Shown here: piece by piece, positions 1-11,189 of the stretch
How the letters are laid out: each line of letters starts with the position of its first letter
Position numbering within the stretch: the stretch's first letter is position 1
Origin: Xylographa opegraphella
Taxonomy: Eukaryota
Direction of reading: 5' to 3'
DNA: 26,685 bases
Assembly: GCA_022813865.1 (NCBI GenBank)
Contig: JALDZX010000072.1
Location: 62,001 to 88,685, forward strand
Position numbers and translations under genes: made by a program
The notes under the pieces: generated by a model
What the model was told of the DNA's origin: nothing
What the model saw: only the letters and a program-made list of their open reading frames with translations
Databases searched by the model: none

Positions 1-199
1 ACAACGTGTTTGCTGCGGCTTCAGCCTCTCGTATTATGCAAGGCGCAAGTGTGACTAATGCATGACAAATCAATATCAATTGGATTTTCCCATCACCACA
101 CACGCTTGCCCATACTCTACGACAAGTCACCACTCCCCATGAACCACCACACCAGAACTACCAACGACATCTCCTAAGCCCATCCTTGAACCCCACACG

Positions 200-1324
200 A
201 TGGCGAGCCACCACCCACTCACCCTCCGCTCCACCGCCCTCCGCCTCCGGCGCCACACCTCCACCACGCGCCCCTTCAGCAGCACGCCCCCACGCCCCAA
301 ACACGGGCCAATACCCACCTTCCCCCCAACCTCCTCCCCCTCTCTCGACGCCCTCCTCTCCACCTTCCGCACGAACGTCTTCCTCCCCTCACACCTCCTG
401 CGCCCCCAACGCGCCCTCATCTACCGGCGCTCCCTGCAGCACCAGCTCACGGGCGAAGATCCAATCACACTCACCCTCCCGACCGCCTCCCCCGACGGCA
501 GCGGCAGCGAAGACTTCACCCTCGCCCCGCTGGATCACCTGCGCGACGAGCCCGCCACCGCGCCCGCCTTCAACACCTTCCTCTCCCTGCTGCGCACCAC
601 CGCCGACTGGCGCCTGCTGCCCTTCTTCCTCGAGGGCCTGCGCACCAGCGGCCGCAAGCTGGCGCCCGCGCGCGCGGAGAAGATGGTCCGTCGCGCCGCG
701 GCCGCGGGGCAGATGGGTATCGTGGGCGAGTGTGCGCGCATGGTCGCGCGCACGGGCGTCAAGCTGGATGAGGTGGGTTTGGCGCGCGAGATGATGTGGG
801 GGGCTGTGCAGACGGCGGTGTTGGAGGGCTGGAGCGCGCAGGGGACGGCTGCGGCCGCGAAGCAGGCGGAGGGGACGCTGGTGCTGATGGAGGATCCGGC
901 GCACGTGGGGGGCGAGAGGGCGCGGGATCCGCGAAGGGCGCCGGAGGTGGTGGGCGCGGGGATGGGGCTGGTGGCGCTGAGGGCAGGGAAGGCGGGCGAG
1001 GGGGATGCGGGTGGGAAGGTGGAGAAGCTGGCGAGGAGGACGCTGGACTGTTGGCGCTATGCGGAGCTGGGTGGGCGGGACGGGAGTTGGTGGGATGCGA
1101 ATCGGGCGTTGATGTGGTGGGCGCCGGTGGAGGTGGGCATGCGAGCGGCGATGAAGGTGCTGGGCGAGCAGTCAGAGCTGGGGAGGAGGTTGGGCGAGGT
1201 GCTGAAGGCGGATGTGGAGCCTGTGGTGCAGAAGGCGAAGGGGATCCTGGAGAGAGAGGGGCCGGCGGAGGGCCGCAGGAGGGGGATAGTCATGTATGAG
1301 GAGCTACAGAGGGCGTTGGACTAG
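200..1324 (+). CDS. Fungal hypothetical protein, probably mitochondrial (374 aa, intronless)
   Basis: Long ORF with strong GC3 bias. The N-terminus is Arg/Ser/Thr-rich and acid-free (MASHHPLTLRSTALRLRRHTSTTRPFSST), with an R-x-F-S-S-T cleavage-like motif typical of mitochondrial presequences. The body looks helical. Confidence 0.8.
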   Translation: MASHHPLTLRSTALRLRRHTSTTRPFSSTPPRPKHGPIPTFPPTSSPSLDALLSTFRTNVFLPSHLLRPQRALIYRRSLQHQLTGEDPITLTLPTASPDGSGSEDFTLAPLDHLRDEPATAPAFNTFLSLLRTTADWRLLPFFLEGLRTSGRKLAPARAEKMVRRAAAAGQMGIVGECARMVARTGVKLDEVGLAREMMWGAVQTAVLEGWSAQGTAAAAKQAEGTLVLMEDPAHVGGERARDPRRAPEVVGAGMGLVALRAGKAGEGDAGGKVEKLARRTLDCWRYAELGGRDGSWWDANRALMWWAPVEVGMRAAMKVLGEQSELGRRLGEVLKADVEPVVQKAKGILEREGPAEGRRRGIVMYEELQRALD

Positions 1325-1534
1325 GTGTACTCTATCTACTCTTGTAATAAATACCTATATTGTCCGGTGAACTTCTTCCGATCGCCGTCGTCGATAGAAC
1401 GCAAATGGCTAACCGTGTGTTGAGCACGACTTTCCATTTCCGTTACAACTAGCTAGCATGCTTGTGCTTTTGGATCTACACCCGCGATCCACATTTATAG
1501 ATAGATGCAAAGTGAAAGATCATCGTAAAGTCGT

Positions 1535-3292
1535 TCAAGATGCAAAAACAAGGGCCAGGGCGTTATCATCCCGGATCCTGCCCATAACTCCCAAGTTCAC
1601 CTCACCGCCGATTACAGCCGGGCCAGTCACAACAATATGTCCAACAAAATCTCCGTCGTCGGAGATCTTCGACATCGGCGTATCGACAACCTTGATTTCT
1701 ACAGCACTCAGCGGAGCACCGAAGTGGGATGGCTCAAGTGGGACATCCTGTATCCGGTAGTCAAATGCGTTAATCTGCGATACTGCACCGGCCACCTTCG
1801 CCGCAGTGAGCGCGTATATGATCCGTGCGCCAGTCAGAACCCGTAGATCGTGCAATTGCTTCGAACTGAGGAATTGGGGATTCGCGGAGATGAATGTGGG
1901 AACAAAGATGAGCCGAGGGCCTGGTACGCTTGGCTTGTTCATCCGGCCTGCCAATAACGCTCGAGCTTGCAAGGTATACTGGATCTTGGACCAATTGTCA
2001 TGACTGGCGTTAAATTTCTCCTTGTGAGCTTGTGTCATGGTCTGAGCAGAAGCAACAATGATGGTGGGAGAAACACCTAAGAAAGCCGAGTCGTAGTCTA
2101 CGTTTGGACCGGCTGTCGGTGTCAACGCGAGCGACGCGCCTGAGAATAGGGCTGCAAGAGCGAGGACCATAGTGTAGTTGGTGGTAAGAGAGTCCAAAGG
2201 CATCAGTAGGTCAGAAGGCTCGATTTTGTGGTTTCTTGGGACAGCTGAAATCTGTGCTGCAATTGCCGCAACAATATTCTACATCATAAAGGTGAGCTCT
2301 CTGAGGACCAATGGTAGTTCCGAAAACTAGACTGACCTTTTGAGAAAATTCAACCACATCGTATATCGCAGGCTTCTTCTTCTGGTATATGTGAATAATA
2401 TTTGGAGCTTCCCCATTTGATGGTAAATCGGCTGGAGCATTGCTATTCAGATCGACATCTCCTATGATCTCATGCCATGCAACGACCGTCTGTGTTTTGC
2501 TCGGATTGATTCCGAAATCCATATGCCGGCTGGTTTCTTCAACAACCCAGATAGACTGTTTGACTTTAGGACACGACATTGCAAGGTGTTCCGTAGGCAC
2601 AGTTCCCGCGGGTGCGATAAGAACATCTGCGTTTGTACTATGTAGTACATCCGCCAAAGTCTCGAAGCTGAGATTCTGCGGAATGAGAATCGGCACGATT
2701 CCGTTATATGCAGCAGCTTAAGAGACATATCAGCATAGCCCGATCCCGAAGGTCAGAAAACATCCCGCATACCAAAGAACGCTACGAGAAACTCGACGGA
2801 ATTTGGCAGGTATATGACCACTCTAGTAGCGCCCTGCTTCTGCAAGTGTCCTCCAATTGCATTGATATGTCGGGTAAGATTCATAAGACTGTGCTCGAAA
2901 GTTTCCTTTCCCATCACGGAGATTATGCGACCTTTCTTGCCATCAACACCTTCCAGTGCCTTTTTCCAAATGTCCCTTACGTCTCCATCTCTTCCACTTG
3001 TCCACTTTGATGCCCCTGGATCCTTGACATTGAGCCCGCTCCTTAGAGGGTAGCCATACGGTGCCTCCAGTGATCGATAGATGGCTGACTCGCCTGGTTG
3101 ACGGACTGGAGAGCTCGAGGCTTGACGAGCCAGCAAAAGTGGATGTGTGTCAGGGTCATAGGTGAAGAATACAGGATACGCAAGATAGCCAACAAAGACG
3201 AGAGTCAAAATTGTTGTGTAAATGCTCCAGCCAGCAAAGAGATGCTCGAGCTGGCTGTCGATTTGCTCGAGGAACGAGCTACCGGTGGCCAT
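1535..3292 (-). CDS. AMP-dependent synthetase/ligase (ANL)-like membrane-anchored protein, degenerate; 3 exons (3292-2773, 2716-2337, 2278-1535)
   Basis: Three ORF pieces join in frame through introns 2717-2772 (GTATGC..AAG) and 2279-2336 (GTCAGT..TAG). It has an N-terminal TM helix, VVIYLPNSVEFLVAFFAAAYNG (ANL A2-like), HFGAPLSAVEIKV and GHIVVTGPAV (A6-like). Confidence 0.8.
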
Positions 3293-5661
3293 GTCCAATA
3301 CAACCAGCACTTCGCAATTGTCCTTTCGTGTTACTAGAACAACATTACATTGGGACTCAGGAGCTCTGTCAGGACCAGTGCTGTGCCGGTGGCCTGTCAG
3401 TTCTCAGCCTCACCAGCATATGCGCAGCCGCGCGCCAAGCCTTTCTTCCTCATGAAACACATTAACCTACCTTAGGACTTACTCCGAGACCTTTCTCGAA
3501 GCTCTCATTTGTGATTCATACATGCTTCGATGCCGTCGCTTGATGAAGACCCACTAACCAACGCTACACGAAGAGTACAAGCTACTCGGGAGTGCTCCCA
3601 CACTCGTTTGGTATTCTGTATAATCATATTCTACTATGATACTTACTTGTATCAAAGGCAATCACCCCAAGGTTCCTCTTGGTTGATATGCCTAGGAGAA
3701 GAAGCGTATTTTGGTTATCTTAGTGATGATGTCTGTTTGCCATAGCTCATGATCAAGTATACTCAGGAGATCGCTTGTTGCAATATACCACAACCTACGT
3801 CGTGAATGAGAGCTTCTATTATCATCTGCGCATATTTTACTTCTTTTGTCACTTCAGTCAAGTTGCTAGTTGATGTGTCTCCCCCCAGCGGCGAGTTCCA
3901 AGCATGTTGGTACAGATGTATCATTCGGTCGTCATGTCATGATAGGAAGGTCACTCACTGACATTTTCACGTTCCCTCGTGTCTCCCGTTGATACGTTGT
4001 GTGATTGTATCAGGCTTGGTTACAACCGGCAATCGAAGCTCCCCTTCCCCGATGGAAGGTTCGGGTACATGCATGACCCCAAGAAAGTGGCTATGGTCGA
4101 ATAATTGCACGTTTTCCACACCTCGTATAGCTGTGGTACAACATACCTCGGGCTTCCGAGTTTAACGAAACCTAGGTTGGAGGGTTATCGAAGGACCTAA
4201 ACACATGTACAATTCCGCACCTGACCCGTACTCAATGATAGCAACAAGACTTTTGCCAGGAAGGGCAGGTCTCCTGCATATTCCGAAAGAGTATTTTCTA
4301 GCGATACTCAGTCTCAATCGACCATCTGCTGTATGCAGATTCTGGCGCAAGAGCTCGACTCACGGATACTTATTGAGCGATCTCCACCACTTCTCCATGC
4401 ACAGAACCATAGAACCTTCAATCCAGCACATGTAACATCTCTTCACAATTTACTGACGCCCTGTTCATACGCCCAAAATTCGTGTACGCCATTCCCACCC
4501 AAACAACTTTACAACGTCTCTGATATATCTTCACGCCAAACAAAAAGCATGTCTCGAACCGATCCTCCATCACCCCGACCAAGACCATTCCCTCTTGCAC
4601 CGCCACCGAGTCCAGTCAAGACGAACAAAGGATCCCCATCCACTATCGCCCCCCAGGCCACGACTAAATAAGCGCTTAGCTTATTTCAGAATTGGATCAG
4701 TGAGGTCAGTGACGTATGCTTGATACGAGGAAAGGGACATCTCTAAATCTTCAAGCGATAGGAAAGAGGATTGCAAATGCTTCTCTGGTAGAAGACGTCT
4801 TACATAAATAGTGATGCGAGACATTAGCGTGCATATGAGAAGCAAGGGTTGAAGATCTTAGGTACAGCTTAAGAGAAGGCTGAGAGCGCTCGCACTGGTT
4901 GCAAGTCTCAATGATGCGTCTTGTCAGGAGAGCGAGTGGATTTTCGGTATCTCAATGTTAGCCAATTGGCCAGATTTGTATCGCAACACTCCATTCATTA
5001 TTGAACAATATAATAATCAATCGCTAAAACTCCTTGTAACATATGATGGCTTTCAGCTTGTGATTGCAGATCTTGATAACACCACCAAGTACAGCAAATA
5101 AAGAGCTGCGTCTTGCCAACAACAGACTTGAGCAGAACTTTCTTCTATTGGTGCAAGCTCTGTTCAGCCGTGCTCGAATAACTAGCATCGCGGCAATACG
5201 GTTGGAGCTCACTGACGACGCACACATCAACCTCTGAGTTTCCACTCATGCTACTCAAATTCATTAAAACCACGAAGGTGTCTAGACTACTATCTATCAT
5301 ACAATTTGTAACCCTGAATATGAAACGCTAAGAGATCGATTGAAGTCGATTAGAGCGCGATTAACGACAGGTCTTCGCTCTGTGGAACAATCAAATGATA
5401 CAAGCAGAATGCCAGTATATGGTTCACCTTATCATCATGCCAACAATGGTAGATAGGTGAGCAAGGAATGCTGCCGTCCCAGCTGATGAAGAAAAGTGAG
5501 CGGACGTCCGATGTTGGGTTTTTCTAGCCCTCCAAAATGACGCACTGTGATTGGCTAGAACCTACCAGGTGGAAGTGAGTTGGCGTCACTAGCACTTCCT
5601 CTAACATCTTCAAACAAGACATCAGCGACTTCGCTAGCAACCTCTCACCGGTTCAACGAAA

Positions 5662-6362
5662 ATGCTCATGCAAAGAGTTCTGCAGCCATCGCTACGGCGA
5701 GGTATGACTACATTCCTGTTCATGACGCATTTACGCAATGTGACTGACGATCTGCAGCGGCCTTCCAGCAGCCCGTGTCTTTCTCACGAAATGCACTTTG
5801 CAAGATAGCTGCACCAACGTCGGCTGCTACATCACATCACCAGGTACAATCAAGGTGTGTAGGGTATCTTTCATTCTTGACTCGTCAGTGTATGTATAGT
5901 ACAGCTTCCTGACTGCGCCTCAGACAAGCAGCAACCCAAGCCCTCAAACAAGACGATGGTTATCAGATCCTTGTGAAACAACGCCTCAACCGACCGGTAT
6001 CCCCTCATCTCGCAATCTACAGACCCCAGGTAACCTGGTATCTCTCGATTTTGAACAGGATCACTGGTTCAGTACTCTCCGGTGGCTTTTACATATTTGG
6101 ATTCTCATATCTGGTGGCTCCTCTCCTCGGCTGGCATCTGGAATCAGCATCCATGGCAGCTGCATTTGGAAGCTTGCCATTACTGGCCAAGGTCGGGCTC
6201 AAATTTGGAATAGCTCTGCCGTTCACATTTCACAGCTTCAACGGGATTCGGCACCTTGTTTGGGATACGGGAAGGGAGTTGAGCAATAAAGCAGTGCAAA
6301 ACACGGGATGGTCTGTTGTTGGCATTTCAGTTGCGAGCGCAGGTATACTGGCATATCTATGA
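5662..6362 (+). CDS. SDH3: Succinate dehydrogenase cytochrome b560 subunit (SDHC); exons 5662-5701, 5758-5854, 5924-6362
   Basis: Signature QRLNRPVSPHLAIY, SILNRITG and FHSFNGIRHLVWDTG. The mitochondrial presequence MLMQRVLQPSLRR joins in frame via introns 5702-5757 and 5855-5923. Confidence 0.95.
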
Positions 6363-7535
6363 CAGCGTTATGTGACTAGAGAGGGCTGTTGAACGTATAC
6401 GGGCTTTCGGTCGTGTATCGCTATTTGGCGTCTAACAACGGATTATTCAAGCACTACTGCTTTGCTGTTTTATCGCTATTCTTGTGGCCTTTTGTACACG
6501 TTCTGAGTATGTCCCACGAACACGACAAAGACGACCAGGAGAGGTCTACCAGCCGGAAACCAATTCCCCATGGCTGACCTCAGGTTTCATTAAGGCCACG
6601 GTCGGAGGTCAGCGTGAGATTTTAAGCTAGTCCTACGACCGAACGAAGGATCCTGCACAACAATGGTCGCCTCCAATAATCTATCTTGTTCTTGTGAGCA
6701 TCGAATGTCATGTAAGCTCTGACCAAATCCCGGCTTAAAGGGGACTAGTTTCCAGCCTACGCAGTAGACTAAGGTTAGCCCTATGACAGCCGCAAGAACC
6801 TCGAGGACGCTCAAGGTAAGGAAGGTATCATGACTGACCATACCGACCTTAGCTACCGACCTCGTAATAATCTCACGAAGGCATTGTGGTCACAGCACCA
6901 TACCAGAACTTCCCTTTGCAGTACGAGTAGTGGATGCTGACCCATGCTTCGATTTCTTTACCGCTCTTTATTCCATCCTTGCAAGTCATGATCTATTGCC
7001 ATGGTGGAGTGATCAGTGATACGGCTTCACTCCTCGATCAATGGATACACTCACGTCCATACTTTGACTATCGACCAAAGTACACTGGCAGATAGTTATT
7101 CATGTATACAACCTATTGTCTTTTTCTCTTCCATTCATCAATTACTGCAGAATGCGGTATCAGTGACTGAAATGACTTGGTATACGATCACATGGAAGGT
7201 TCCATGTAAGATCTTAGTGTTCAGCTATATTCCTGAAAGTTTGCTGGATCTGCCCCTCGAAGATCCTTTTTTGTATGACCGTAAGCAGACCTGACGAAAT
7301 GCAGGCCAGCTGTAAGTGAGAAACATGGGATGATGATGGCTCAGCCGTCAGGCTCCTGCGACAAGCAGCTTCATCCAATGCGCAAGGGCTTTTATCAAAC
7401 TCGGCCAAATTCTTTGGTTTTGGAGCTTGGAATACTCGGTCTCCTCGACGTTGATCTTGCCCCATATATAGTTGTTACTTCAATTCTTTATTCTGTAATT
7501 CGAGAATTGAGGACCAATCGCTCTGTTTTATGAAT

Positions 7536-9309
7536 ATGTCTTCTTCTCAAAACACTCCTCTTGACCTTGCAAATGTCCAAGGTGATATCTTGTGGGGCTA
7601 TGTTGTTCTGCTGGCATTATACTCAGACTGATTCTGGATAGGGCCGGTCTCCCCAAGAAAAGCCAAAGCTACTATTTCTTTGAAATTGACGAACACCGCG
7701 TCCACAACTTTCGCAAGCAGCTTCTTCACCTAGTGCCTTTCATTACGACAACCGCCCAAGTCATAAGCGACAAGGCAAAGATTGTCACCGCAAAGAAGAC
7801 CGCTACCGATGGAAAAATCGCTCCTCCGATATTAGAAATCAGTGGAGTCAATATAGCTTTCACTCAGAAGGGACTACTAGAGGTTCAGTTCTACTGCTTC
7901 AAACACCATCATCGCCAAGCGTATCACTAAGTTCTTGTTTCTTTAGCTGGGAATCAACAACGAGAAGATCGGCGACACGGCCTTTGAAAATGGTATGCTG
8001 GCAAATGCGGCCGCTCTTGGCGATCCTGGCTCCACGTCGCCATCTGGTCCAGACTGGATTCCTGCATTTAAGCAGCACATACACGGCATGATTCTGGTAT
8101 CTGGCGAGAGTCCTAAGACAGTGCACGAGAAATTAGCGAAGGTAAAAGATATCTTCTCTGTTGGACGTCATGATGCCAGCATTCACGAAGTGAAACATAT
8201 TGGCGGAAATGTGCGTCCAGGAAAGGAGAAGGGCCATGAGCAGTTTGTACCACTCTTCCAGGCTCGAAAAAGACATAGCTATTAAAACAATACCATAGCT
8301 TTGGCTTCCTCGACGGCATCTCGCAGCCTGCGGTTCAGGGGTTTGATACCAATCCAAATCCAGGTCAGGGGACAGTACCACTAGGAACAATCCTCCTCGG
8401 TCGTGAGGGTGATACTGTCACGCGTCCTTCCTGGGCGCTTGATGGAAGTTTTATTAGCTTCCGATATCTCTTCCAACTGGTGCCAGAACTCAATGAATTT
8501 TTGAAAAACAATGCTATTCCAGGTGTACCTGTTAAGCAAGGCAGCGGGCTGCTGGGGGCTCGGCTTGTCGGACGATGGAAGAGTGGTATGTTCTTCTCCA
8601 CACATGGCCATGAGCCTTACCTGGAGCGAAACTTTGGTAACGATACGTAGGCGCACCGATCGATCTTACTCCAGAGCAGGACGATCCTGTCCTTGGCGCG
8701 GATCCGCTTCGTAACAACAATTTCAGCTACAATATTCTTAACGACCAGACAACGCAAGATCGATGCCCCTTCGTAGCGCACATCCGCAAGACTAATCCTC
8801 GGGGCGACCTTGAGACCCCACATCCTCCTGGTACGGCCCCAATCTCAACCGCAATTCACTGTATTATTCGCCGTGGGGTGCAGTTCGGACCCGAAGTCTC
8901 TGCGGACGAAGCGGCGTCCGGAAAAACCAAACACGGGCGTGGTCTACTATTCGCGGCTTACCAGAGCAATATCGGCAACGGCTTTGAATTCATTCAACAG
9001 TGTACGTACTTCTCCCTGTGGTCGTCGTACGGCTACTTCTTAACAATGCTTAGCCTGGGCGAATAATTCGGCTTTCCCCCCATTCAAGGGACCAATAACG
9101 CCAGGATGGGACCCATCATTGGTCAGATCGGTCCTGAGCAAGGTGTATTTGTTGAACCCACAGCACGTGTGATGTCAGGCACAGACCCTCACAGTCAGGC
9201 CACGACCCTTAATTTGACCGCGCAGTGGGTTGTGCCAAAGGGCGGAGAGTACTTTTTCTCACCTTCTATATCCGCCCTTAAGAATACCTTTGCTCTAGCA
9301 CAAGGATGA
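7536..9309 (+). CDS. Dye-decolorizing (DyP-type) heme peroxidase; 6 exons, introns 7592-7641, 7883-7946, 8243-8298, 8586-8650, 9002-9053
   Basis: The spliced product contains NVQGDILAGLPKK, GHEHFGFLDGISQP (GxxDG distal Asp), GRWKSGAPID, CPFVAHIRKTNPRGD (proximal His), RRGVQFGPE and GGEYFFSPSI. All introns are GT-AG and keep the frame. Confidence 0.93.
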
Positions 9310-11189
9310 TCGGAGCTGTGGAGGCATTCTATATGATGGTTTTCGAGGTGAATGAAATGTGGAGTGTTAGCTCTATTTTGGAAAACTTGGACTTGAAGTC
9401 GTGAGAGCAGCGTTCGTGGATTATCAGAGGTTATTTGGAACGTTATATGCATCAACAGTCACTTTGTATCCGAATGGCGGTATATGCCTATTGTTGCTGG
9501 TCCCTCAATATAAGCAAGCTTTTCTACAATTCTGTACTGGCTTTCTCGATGCGTCCAGATCAGCTACGGCCTCCATTATGTGCTAGCTTGGGCTACAAAC
9601 AGCAGCATTCATGTATACCCCGTTTCTCGTCTATCCTAGTCCCAGCATCCTTTCCGTGCGGAGAACCTTACAACATAGGTATGGAATGAAATCTTGTATT
9701 ATCTCGTTACAGCCCCATAACTCGAAGTATGAACCCGGGTCCAATCTAATAAGCGAATCACTTGCGCTTGAGCGACGGAAGTGCTGGTGTCTGATCGGAT
9801 GGAGGATTCAGAGTTGGTTTACGGATTCAACGGTGCCGCCTGTGCTGCCAAGGGTGAGAAAGAGTACTAGGATATGCTGTGTTTGGGTGTCGGCAGCGGA
9901 GATGGTGCCTCGTCGAGCTGACTGACTTGGGGTACTGGTAGAGGTGCTATCGAATGTATTGAGGGGTAGAGATATGAGGATGGGGAAATGGAGATATTGT
10001 GGGACAGATGATACCCGTCAGGGGAGTGAGAGGGATTGCATGTTTGGGTATTCGGGATAAGGCGGCGTATAATGGGATTTGTAGGCTTTGCAATTGGCGG
10101 TGGCAGCTACGTGCTGCGATTGCTATCATAATTTGACCTTGTGGAACATACGGACTTGGTACGAGGTGTAGTCAGTGATTGCCACGCTTGGGAACGGTGC
10201 CATCTCGATACTTCATGGGTGGTTAGCTGGACATGGTTGAGAAGGATTCAGTCCCCCACACCAGGTACTTCACTGATAATACAGAATTTGGGACACAAGC
10301 ATCTTTGTAATAGACCACTGTTGCTCGAGGTCTCATATCTAGCGGACATCAGATTCAAACTGTATCCTGTTTCCGCCATACGAAGTAACAGTACCAATTC
10401 ATGCGTTTCGTTGTGGTGGCTGGTGCATTTCCCTGATTCTGCACCCGCTCCCTGGGTTTAGGCGCCCCGAATAAAGAACTTGAGAACAGAGCCGTGTCAA
10501 ATATTCTTGGGGTACTTGTCTCTGGATTCGAGAGTATGGTCCGAGCTGAGAGGTGTGATCCTCTCCAATCATGGTCGGAATAAGGTCAGAGATGCCTTGC
10601 AGTCCTTTCCAAATAACTATGGTCAAGATCGCTCCTGCTGAATTTTCCACACATTTTACTCTTCATCCCGGTTCAGATTTTCTACTTTTGTTCTTACATG
10701 GGAGCTGCGCTGAAGCCTTCCGCGTTCATTAAATTAGAAATTCTGCGGTCTCTCGGACAGGAATATGGAAACCATACGAGGGTATCATTGCTTCTATGAT
10801 GCGCGCAGAGAAAGCTCGGCCCGGAGTGGAGGCTGCGGCTGAGGCTGTGACAGAGTCTGTGCTTTGCTTCACTATGATACCTCGCGTTTTGAGCGGATCG
10901 CGTTCTGAGAAGCCCTTTCGAACGCGTTTCATGGGTATATCTATCGAATAACTAAACAATTCAGTGGGGACTGATGATTTCTGTCTGCTGCCGTTCCCTG
11001 CACTTGCATGTGATTGCTATCGTTTCGAAACCCGCACAAGACTAAGGCAAACCGCATCTGATAGCACTCGGTGAAACCCGTGCCATCATCTTGGATGATG
11101 AAGCATGGGTGGGAGGCTAAGACATATCTCGGCCGTCGTCTCCTCTCCAACAAAAAGATGCCGTTGACGTTTATTTTATTTTTTAAGTT

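Noticed and set aside
127..1299. Overlapping Pro/Gly-rich ORFs (186-794, 796-1299, 389-904 etc.)
   Set aside because: Shadow frames of the GC-rich 200-1324 gene, caused by the scarcity of stop codons.
3500..5450. Short ORFs between the ANL-like gene and SDH3
   Set aside because: No recognisable motif or coherent splice model in the frames I translated; a decayed gene cannot be excluded.
9400..11150. Several 60-106 aa ORFs
   Set aside because: No motifs or codon bias; treated as intergenic.
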